A stretch of DNA of 21,549 bases, taken from NCBI GenBank assembly GCA_044866005.1, contig JBIOTN010000048.1:1-21549 (forward strand), in the 5' to 3' direction. Positions within the stretch are counted from its first letter, which is position 1. The number at the start of each line of letters is the position of its first letter. Below the pieces are notes generated by a model, which was not told the origin of the DNA, made no database searches, and worked only from the letters and a program-made list of their open reading frames with translations. The DNA is from Candidatus Rokuibacteriota bacterium. Its GTDB lineage: Bacteria > Methylomirabilota > Methylomirabilia > Rokubacteriales > DASRDR01. Shown piece by piece: positions 10,574 through 17,592 of the stretch. The position numbers were made by a program, and so were the translations under genes.

Positions 10574-13192
10574 GTGGAGCGGGCCTGCCGCGCCGTCGCC
10601 GTCGTCCTGCCGTTCCTCGCGCTCGTCGTCGCGGCCGCCTTCTTCTTCCGGGAGCTGCTCGGCCTCGACACCCCCGCCCGGTACATCGCCAGCGACTTCG
10701 CCTCGTACTTCTATCCCGTCTTCCGGTACGTCGCCGAGGAGATCGCGGCGGGGCGGTTGCCGCACTGGACCCCGTTCGTGGGCGCCGGCTATCCCCTGCT
10801 GGCGGATATCGAAGCGAGCGTCTTCTATCCGCCCGCGCGGCTCTTCACGCTCGTCGTGGGACCGCCCAGCTACTTCGCCCTCGAGCTCTATGCGATCGCG
10901 CACTACGTCGTCGCCGGCGCGGGCATGCTGGTCCTGCTGAACCAGGTCGGTCTGCCGGCGATCCCGGCGGGCGTCGGGGCGCTGACCTTCATGTTCTCCG
11001 GCTTCTTCTGGGCGCACGTCGCCCACCTCTCCATCCTTCAGAGCTCGGCCTGGCTCCCCTGGCTCCTGGCCGCTCACGCGCGCGCCCTGCTGACACGCTC
11101 GCCTGGCTGGGCCGTGACGGCCGGCGCGGTACTCGCGCTGGTGGCTCTGGGCGGCCATCCTCAGGCGGCCCTCTACGTCGCCGCGGCGCTGGCCCTCTTC
11201 ACGCTCACGGCGATGGAGACGGGCTGGTGTGGGCCGTCCGTCCGCGACCGGCTCCGGGCGGTGGCCACGACGGCAGCCGTCCTGCTCCTCGGGCTCGCCC
11301 TGGCCGCCCCCCAGCTCGTGCCGACCCTGACGCTGGCCCCGTTCACCACGCGCTGGAGCCCGTCGGCGGAGTTCATCGGCTCGGACGCGCTGCCGGTCCA
11401 CCAGCTCCTCACCTTCCTCGTCCCGCTCGCCTACGTCGGCACCGAGCGTTTCCGCTCCATGGATGAGGTCTACGCCTACGTCGGCATCGGGGCGCTCGTG
11501 CTCGCGGCGGCCGGCGTCGTGCTCCGACGCGACACGTGGAGTCGGTTTCTCGGGCTCGCCACGGTCGTCGGCCTGGCGCTCGCCCTGGCACCCCTGCTCC
11601 CCGGCTTTCCGGAGATCGCCGAGCACCTGCCGGTGGTGGGGCTGTTCCGCGCCTCGGCGCGGGCCACGCTCCTCACCGATTTCGGCGCGGCCGGCCTGGC
11701 GGCCCTGGGCCTCGACGCGTGGCGACGCGCGCTCCGTCGCCCGGAGGGTCTGCGGCGCGTCCGCGGGCTGCTCTGGGGCTGGCGCGGCTTCGTGGTCCTG
11801 GCGCTGGGCGGCGAGGCGCTGCTGCTGGCCAGACGCGTGCCGGCCTGGGCCGGCCCGCTCGCCGCCGACTTCCCGACGTCCTATGCGTTCTTCGTCGCGA
11901 TCCTCCTCGCCCACGTGGTCGTCCTGGAAGCGTGGCGCGCCGGGTGGCTGCCGCCGCGGCTCGGCGAGCTCTTCACGCTCGCGCTCATCGTGATCAACCT
12001 CACCCAGCCGCACCGGACCGTCGGCTGGTCGCCGGTGTCCCCGGAAACGACCTGGCGGCCCTCGGCGGTCGTCCAGGAGCTGCAGAGCAGCCCCGGGCGC
12101 CAGCGCGTCTGGACGGATGGCGGCCTTCACCAGGGCGGTCGGTTGTTCGAAGCCAATGCCGGGCTCCTGGACCGGCTCGAGGTCGTGGGCCACTACACCT
12201 CGCTCGACATGGTGCGCTACACCGAATTCGCCCGTGCCCTCGGCGGACCACACGAGCAGCCGCTCTTCGCGGATCTCCTGAACGTCCGGTACCTGGTCAC
12301 GGCGGCGGCCCCGCACCACCGCGGCCGCTACAGCCCGCCGCGCCTGGAGCCGGGCGAGGAGCGGCAATACGACCTCACCGGGCTCCTGGAGGGCGCCATC
12401 GGGAGCGTCAACCTCGCGCTCGAGGTCGATCCCCGCATCGGGCTCATCCGGAGCGTGACGCTCGCCGAAGCCGCGACGAGCCTCCACTTCTGCGTCGACT
12501 GCCCCGAGGGCGGCACGCCCCTCAGGATCCGGCTCAGGCCGAGGGGCTGGGTGACGGCCCATGCCACGCTCGCGGCGCGCCGCCCCATCCAGGAGATCCG
12601 GCTGATCAACCGGTCCCCGGGCGCGGTGACCGTCCGGACCCTGAGGCTCGACGAGGTCGACCTCTACGCGCTCGGCGGCCGGTATCTCTGGCGCGGCCGC
12701 AATCTGTGGGAAAACAGCTATGCCCTGCCGCGAGCCTACCTCGTGGAGGACATCGTCGTACAGCCGGACGCGGGGCGCGTGATCCCGACGCTGCTCGGAC
12801 TGGACGCGCGGGAAACCGCCGTCACCGAACTCGCGCCCACCTGTCAGGCAAGTCTCGCGCCATCCGAGACCTCGCCGCCGGGGGTCGAGGTGATCGAGTA
12901 CCAGCCGACCGTGGTACGCCTGCGCACGGCACACGGGCGTCCGGGGTTTCTCGTCCTCGCGGACGCTCGCTACAAGGAATGGCGCGCGCGGGTGGACGGA
13001 CGGCCGAAGCCGATCTACACGACGAACCTCCTCCTCCGCGGGGTCTGCGTCCCCGCCGGCCGCCACGAGGTCGAGTTCGGGTACCAGCCCACCGCCTTCC
13101 GGCGCGGCCTGGCGCTCGCCCTGCTGGGCGGGCTGGGCGCCATGGCCGCCGTAGGGACGGGGCGGTGGCGACGGCGATCGGCTCGGAGCTAG
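10574..13192 (+). CDS. YfhO-family (GT-C fold) membrane glycosyltransferase
   Basis: D..SYFYP, GRLPHWTPFVGAGYPLLAD, FYPP, GGHPQ, LAAPQLVP, YVG, FR, DLLNVRY, ENSYALPRAYL, WRARVDG, RGVCVPAGRHEVEFGYQP; start uncertain (GTG 10574 chosen; ORF is open from 10391). Confidence 0.85.
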   Translation: MERACRAVAVVLPFLALVVAAAFFFRELLGLDTPARYIASDFASYFYPVFRYVAEEIAAGRLPHWTPFVGAGYPLLADIEASVFYPPARLFTLVVGPPSYFALELYAIAHYVVAGAGMLVLLNQVGLPAIPAGVGALTFMFSGFFWAHVAHLSILQSSAWLPWLLAAHARALLTRSPGWAVTAGAVLALVALGGHPQAALYVAAALALFTLTAMETGWCGPSVRDRLRAVATTAAVLLLGLALAAPQLVPTLTLAPFTTRWSPSAEFIGSDALPVHQLLTFLVPLAYVGTERFRSMDEVYAYVGIGALVLAAAGVVLRRDTWSRFLGLATVVGLALALAPLLPGFPEIAEHLPVVGLFRASARATLLTDFGAAGLAALGLDAWRRALRRPEGLRRVRGLLWGWRGFVVLALGGEALLLARRVPAWAGPLAADFPTSYAFFVAILLAHVVVLEAWRAGWLPPRLGELFTLALIVINLTQPHRTVGWSPVSPETTWRPSAVVQELQSSPGRQRVWTDGGLHQGGRLFEANAGLLDRLEVVGHYTSLDMVRYTEFARALGGPHEQPLFADLLNVRYLVTAAAPHHRGRYSPPRLEPGEERQYDLTGLLEGAIGSVNLALEVDPRIGLIRSVTLAEAATSLHFCVDCPEGGTPLRIRLRPRGWVTAHATLAARRPIQEIRLINRSPGAVTVRTLRLDEVDLYALGGRYLWRGRNLWENSYALPRAYLVEDIVVQPDAGRVIPTLLGLDARETAVTELAPTCQASLAPSETSPPGVEVIEYQPTVVRLRTAHGRPGFLVLADARYKEWRARVDGRPKPIYTTNLLLRGVCVPAGRHEVEFGYQPTAFRRGLALALLGGLGAMAAVGTGRWRRRSARS

Positions 13193-13196
13193 GCCA

Positions 13197-13826
13197 GTGA
13201 GCGGGTGGACCGGATGGCTGCTCTTGCTGATCGCCCTCGCCGCCGCGGCACCGGAGGAAGCCGCGCTCCTCCGCGACCTGCGGAGCGGGACCCCTGCCGA
13301 GCGGCAGGCGGCCGCGGCACGCCTCGGCGAGGTCGGGGGTCCGGGAGCGACGGCGGATCTGGCGGCCGCCCTGCGCGACGCCGATCCGGCCGTGCGTGCA
13401 AGCGCGCAGGCGGCGCTGTGGGCGATCTGGCACCGCTCGGGCGACGAGGAGGTGGACCGGCTCCTCCAGCACGGGATCGCGCTCACGGAGCAAGGCCGGT
13501 ATCCGGACGCGGTCGCGGTGTTCGGGGACGTCATCGCGCGTGCCCCCGCCTTCGCCGAAGGATGGAACAAGCGGGCGACGGTCTACTACCTCATGGGCGA
13601 GCTCGACCGCTCGCTCGCCGACTGCGAAGAGGTCATGCGCCGGAACCCGATTCACTACGGGGCGCTGTCGGGCTTCGGCCTGATCTTTCTCCAGAAGGGC
13701 GACCTCGAGCAGGCCGTCACGTACTTCGAGCGCGCGCTCGCCGTGAACCCGAATCTCGCCCAGGTTCGCGCCGCGCTGGAGGCGATCCGCGAGGTGCTGG
13801 GGCAGCGCCGCCGCGAGGCCATCTAG
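13197..13826 (+). CDS. Exported HEAT-repeat + TPR protein
   Basis: Signal-like N-terminus, PBS/HEAT motif (ALRDADPAVRASA), TPRs (PAFAEGWNKRATVYY, HYGALSGFGLI, ALAVNPNL). Confidence 0.85.
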   Translation: MSGWTGWLLLLIALAAAAPEEAALLRDLRSGTPAERQAAAARLGEVGGPGATADLAAALRDADPAVRASAQAALWAIWHRSGDEEVDRLLQHGIALTEQGRYPDAVAVFGDVIARAPAFAEGWNKRATVYYLMGELDRSLADCEEVMRRNPIHYGALSGFGLIFLQKGDLEQAVTYFERALAVNPNLAQVRAALEAIREVLGQRRREAI

Positions 13827-13956
13827 GTGCCCGTCGCGCCGTGGGCGGCGCCGGGGCCCGTCGCACCGGTCGTGGACGACCTGGACGGCGTCCGGCGCCA
13901 GCTCGACCTCTAACCCTGCCGCGGCCAGCCCTGCGGCGCGGCGTCAGGGAGGCGGC

Positions 13957-14652
13957 ATGAACCCGCTCGATCCGAAGATTCTCGACGAGCTGCGGAAGAT
14001 CTCCTCGCCCACGATCGCCAACGCGATCGAGACGTTCAACGTCCGACCGCGCAACGCCGGCTTCTGCGCCCCCCAGATCGTGTGCCGCTTCCCGCGGCTC
14101 GGCGTCCTGGTGGGCTACGCCGTGACCGCGCTCATCCGGGCCGAGCAGCCGCCGCTCGACGGCCATCGCGCCGCGGAGTCCGCCTGGTGGGACCACGTGG
14201 CGGCGAGCCCGGGGCCGCGAGTGGTCGTCATGCAGGACATCGACGAGCCGCGGGGCGTGGGCGCCTACTGGGGAGAGGTTCAGGCGAACATCCACAAGGC
14301 CCTGGGCTGCGTGGGGGTCGTCACCGACGGGACGGTCCGCGACCTCCCGGAGGCCGAAGCGCTCGGCTTTCACTTCTTCTCCGCCCACGTCTCCGTGTCG
14401 CATGCCTACGTCCACATGGTCGACTTCGGGCTGCCGGTCAAGGTGGGCGGGCTGGTGGTCCGGCCGGGAGACCTCCTGCACGGCGACCAGCACGGCATCG
14501 TCGTCATCCCGCCGGAGATCGCCGGGCAGATCCCCGAGGCGGCCGCCCGGATCGAGGCTCGCGAGCGCAAGATGATCGCGGTCTGCCAGAAGCCGGGGGT
14601 GACGCTCGACGAGCTCAAGGCCGCGCGCAAGGCCATGCAGCAGTCCTACTGA
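13957..14652 (+). CDS. RraA-like / HMG aldolase-methyltransferase family protein
   Basis: SPTIANAIE, VGYAVTA, WGEV, VVTDGTVRDL, PGDLLHGDQHGIVVIP; SD GGAGG. Confidence 0.9.
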   Translation: MNPLDPKILDELRKISSPTIANAIETFNVRPRNAGFCAPQIVCRFPRLGVLVGYAVTALIRAEQPPLDGHRAAESAWWDHVAASPGPRVVVMQDIDEPRGVGAYWGEVQANIHKALGCVGVVTDGTVRDLPEAEALGFHFFSAHVSVSHAYVHMVDFGLPVKVGGLVVRPGDLLHGDQHGIVVIPPEIAGQIPEAAARIEARERKMIAVCQKPGVTLDELKAARKAMQQSY

Positions 14653-14758
14653 CCCCCAGGCGGCCGCCCGGAGGAGGCCTCGCCGGTCGTCTCGGGGCCG
14701 GCTCGGGACTCGACCGCGCGCAGCGGTACCGCCGAGCCGCCGCGCCCATCCCGCCCCC

Positions 14759-14826
14759 CTCCGAGCGGCCGCTCCGCCGCCGCAACCGAGGGGGGGCATC
14801 GGGGGGGTCTTCCGAGACCCTTCCGA
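14759..14826 (+). repeat. REP-like repeat family 1, copy B
   Basis: Same sequence as copy A; the terminal stem has two G-T wobbles; lies between convergent genes. Confidence 0.85.
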
Positions 14827-14834
14827 TGAAGCCC

Positions 14835-15131
14835 CTAGGGAGCCCGCCAGACGACCTCGCCCCGTTTCACGAAGACGAGGCTCGGCGAGCCATCGGCGGC
14901 GAGGGCGAGGATGACGGCGGATTGCCCCTGCTTGTCGGCCAGGGTGAGGGTGACGCCGCCGTCGTCCTCGACGCTCAGGGCGCCGAGCGAGCGCCCTTGC
15001 TTGTCGAAGAGCGCCAGGCCGACGCTCCCGTCGTCGAGCAGGCCGACCGCGGCGCGCGTGTTCCCCCCGTCGTCGACGATGACGAGCTTCTGGGCCTTGA
15101 GCTTCGGCGTCTCGCCGGATGGCTCCTTCAT
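14835..15131 (-). CDS. Hypothetical 98-aa protein with three 23-aa beta-rich repeats
   Basis: ATG 15131 with GGAG SD; periodic L.L.D..G.....L.V..DG pattern; ends VVWRAP. Confidence 0.75.
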   Translation of the reverse strand: MKEPSGETPKLKAQKLVIVDDGGNTRAAVGLLDDGSVGLALFDKQGRSLGALSVEDDGGVTLTLADKQGQSAVILALAADGSPSLVFVKRGEVVWRAP

Positions 15132-15216
15132 CGCGGTCTCCAGGCGCCCGGCGGCGACCGCCGCTCCGCTCCGCGGCAGGCGACCCGGGGGCGCGAGCCG
15201 ATGATCGGTCGCGGCG

Positions 15217-16941
15217 TCACCGCGCCTCACCCCTGAAGAGCTCGACGGCCTGCCGCCGACGCGCCTCCTCGACCGCTGTCGCCGAGCCGTCCCGCAGCAG
15301 CGGGTAGAGGTGTCCCGCGGCCAGCGCCGGCGGTATCAACACGTAGTCCGCCCCCTCCGCGTAGAGCTGCTTCGCCCGCGGGAGCGTGTCCGCGGTCACG
15401 ATCACCTGTGCGGCGGGCGCGAGCCGGCGGACCTGCTGCAGGAGCCGCAGGTTGTCCGTGCCCTTCAGGAACCAGTCGGAGATGCCCGAGACGACCAGTC
15501 GCGCGCTCTCGATGCCGGCGTGCCGCAGCGTCTCCACGTTGGAGATGTCGCCGTAACGGCACTCGACGCCGGCGGCCTGCAGCCGCTCGAGCGTCTCGGG
15601 ATTGAAATCGATCGCGATGATCCGGCCCTTCATCGCGGGGGCTTCTCGCTCGAGGTGCTCCAGGAAGGCGAGGCCTTCGCGCGACACGCCCAGGAGAAAG
15701 AGGTCCCGACTCTCGGGCGGATGCGTGGGAGTGTCCGCGTCAGGCCGTTCACGGGCCGCGCCGAGCCATCGGGGCACCCCGGCCAGCGCGAGAGTCCGCG
15801 ACAGGCGCGTGGCCAGCGCGTGGTTGAACAGGATGCCGTAGGTCGACACCACCGAGGTCAGGAGCAGGGTGTACAGGACGAGGGAGGGCACCGTGGCCCC
15901 GACGTGCCCGTACGCGGCGCCGAGCGAGACGATCACGAGCGAGAACTCGCTGATCTGCGCGAGGTTGATTGACACCACGCCGGCCGTCCGCGTGTCGAGG
16001 CGCAGGGCGGCAAAGATCGGGAAGATGGCGACGAATCGGCTCAGCACCACGAACCCGGCGGCGCCGAGCGCCAGCCACAGCTCGCCACCCGAGGGTTCGG
16101 GGATCTTCAGTCCGAGCGCGACGAAGAAGAGCGTGATGAAGAAGTCCCGGACGCCGGCGATGCGCCCGATCACCTCGGTCCCGTACGGGAAGGCCGCGAG
16201 GACCAGGCCCGCGATGAGGGCGCCCATTTCCTTCGACAGCCCCACCCGCGCCGCGGCGCCCGCGAACAGGAAGCACCACGCGACCGAGCAGACCAGCATC
16301 AGCTCCGGCGACGTGGCGATCGCGCGGAAGAGGACGGGCAGCGCGGACCGCGCGAGCAGCCCGGCGACGGTCACGAGCGCCAGGCCCAGCGCGAAGGAGC
16401 GGACGAGAAGGGCGGGCTCCAGGTGCGTGAGGTTGGGCTGCAACACCATGAAGGCGATGGCCCACACGTCCTGAAAGATCAGGATCCCCAGGGTGACCCG
16501 TCCGCCGAAGGTGCCGATCTCGAACTTGTCGGAGAGCAGCTTGACCACGATCAACGTGGACGACAGGCTCATCGTCACTGCGAGGTAGAGCCGATCGAAC
16601 CCGCCGCCGGTCGCGGCCGCGACGCGACCGAAGGCGAACCACGCCAGCACGGCGCAGATGGGAAACTGGAGGGCCCCGCTCACGACGATCGACCGGCCGG
16701 CCTGGGCGAGGCGGGGCACGCTGATCTCCAGCCCGACGATGAAGAGGAGCAGGATGAGCCCGATCTCGGAGATCAGCTCGATGCTGGCCTCGTCGGTCAC
16801 GAACCCCACGCCGACGTGCGGCCCCAGCACCGCGCCGGCCACGACGTAGCCGAGGATCAGCGGCTGCCCCACGCGGCGGGCCACCAGCGCGAGGCCGGCG
16901 GCGGCCACGATGCTCACGCCGATCGCGGTCAGCAGGTCCAT
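15217..16941 (-). CDS. CPA2 cation:proton antiporter (Kef-type) with C-terminal RCK/TrkA_N domain
   Basis: QPLILGYVVAG, SEIGLILLLFIVGLE, LSSTLIVVKLL, GILIFQD, RDFFITLFFVALG, LAQISEFS, YGDISNVETLRHAG, GADYV; ATG 16941. Confidence 0.92.
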   Translation of the reverse strand: MDLLTAIGVSIVAAAGLALVARRVGQPLILGYVVAGAVLGPHVGVGFVTDEASIELISEIGLILLLFIVGLEISVPRLAQAGRSIVVSGALQFPICAVLAWFAFGRVAAATGGGFDRLYLAVTMSLSSTLIVVKLLSDKFEIGTFGGRVTLGILIFQDVWAIAFMVLQPNLTHLEPALLVRSFALGLALVTVAGLLARSALPVLFRAIATSPELMLVCSVAWCFLFAGAAARVGLSKEMGALIAGLVLAAFPYGTEVIGRIAGVRDFFITLFFVALGLKIPEPSGGELWLALGAAGFVVLSRFVAIFPIFAALRLDTRTAGVVSINLAQISEFSLVIVSLGAAYGHVGATVPSLVLYTLLLTSVVSTYGILFNHALATRLSRTLALAGVPRWLGAARERPDADTPTHPPESRDLFLLGVSREGLAFLEHLEREAPAMKGRIIAIDFNPETLERLQAAGVECRYGDISNVETLRHAGIESARLVVSGISDWFLKGTDNLRLLQQVRRLAPAAQVIVTADTLPRAKQLYAEGADYVLIPPALAAGHLYPLLRDGSATAVEEARRRQAVELFRGEAR

Positions 16942-17061
16942 GTCACTCGCCGGACCGTTCCGATGCGTGTTGCTCCCATGCGCCTCTCGAACCGGACGGG
17001 GAAACGCCGGCTCCGCCAGCCTGGCGGGCGGCACGACGAGGGAAGGAAGCGGTGCGGGAGC

Positions 17062-17370
17062 TTAGTGCTCTTCGGACGGCGAGGCCGGGGCAGGCGGCTC
17101 GCGCCGCGGCCGTGGGACGGGATCGGCCCACCGGGGCCGCTCGACGCGCGCGAGCGCACCCGGGCGCGCGAGTTGTGGCGCGCGGGTCGGCTCGAACCGC
17201 ACGGCCTGCGCCGGCGCGGCCATCGCGGTCACGTGCCCCGAGGCCCGAAACCGGTCGGCGTGGACGGCTTCCACCGACTCGTCGAGGTCGAAGCGCTGCG
17301 AGCCGGGCAGCATCGGGTTCGCAAAGTCCACGGAGACGCAGAGCAGGAAGAGGAAAGCGAGCCGCCGCAT
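17062..17370 (-). CDS. Small hypothetical protein (hydrophobic N-terminus, DFANP.LPG motif, Pro/Arg-rich tail); possible leader
   Basis: 102-aa ORF preceded by TTGAAA-18-TAGTCT, 7 nt from the ATG; co-oriented upstream of the antiporter. Confidence 0.65.
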   Translation of the reverse strand: MRRLAFLFLLCVSVDFANPMLPGSQRFDLDESVEAVHADRFRASGHVTAMAAPAQAVRFEPTRAPQLARPGALARVERPRWADPVPRPRREPPAPASPSEEH

Positions 17371-17377
17371 GGCCTAG

Positions 17378-17407
17378 AGACTACTTCAGGGTCGGCCGAC
17401 CTTTCAA
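17378..17407 (-). promoter_or_regulatory. sigma70-type leaderless promoter with a palindromic spacer
   Basis: Minus strand TTGAAA(17407-17402)-18 nt-TAGTCT(17383-17378); the spacer contains the perfect dyad ggtcggccgacc. Confidence 0.6.
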
Positions 17408-17438
17408 GCGAAACCGAGCCGACGTCGGCTCGTGGGCG

Positions 17439-17504
17439 CTCCGCGGGCCGGCTTGGCCGGCGCCACCGACGGGGAGCATGGGCGGGTCTCCCGGCACCCG
17501 CCGA
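17439..17504 (+). repeat. REP-like repeat family 1, diverged tandem copy C'
   Basis: Shares gccggcttggccggcgccaccgacgggg with copy C; terminal stem is ggcgggt/acccgcc. Confidence 0.75.
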
Positions 17505-17518
17505 CGACTCGCCGCGCC

Positions 17519-17587
17519 CTCCGAGCGCCGGCTTGGCCGGCGCCACCGACGGGGGAGCATCGGGGGGGTCTTCCGAGACCCCCCCGA
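17519..17587 (+). repeat. REP-like repeat family 1, copy C
   Basis: Terminal hairpin identical to copy A; inner stem gcgccggc/gccggcgc; 5 nt from the pyk stop. Confidence 0.85.
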
Positions 17588-17592
17588 AGACA

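Noticed and set aside
10571..13570. 999-aa minus-strand ORF
   Set aside because: Antisense shadow of yfhO and the TPR gene; no recognisable motifs; long stop-free frames are expected at this GC content
13827..13913. 28-codon in-frame continuation after the TAG of the TPR gene (VPVAPW...DDLDGVRRQLDL*)
   Set aside because: No evidence for readthrough or a recoding signal; short open frames are common here; possibly a gene remnant
17439..17587. Tandem repeats as a possible CRISPR array
   Set aside because: Only two diverged ~67-bp units with no regular spacers and no cas genes; they match the dispersed repeat family
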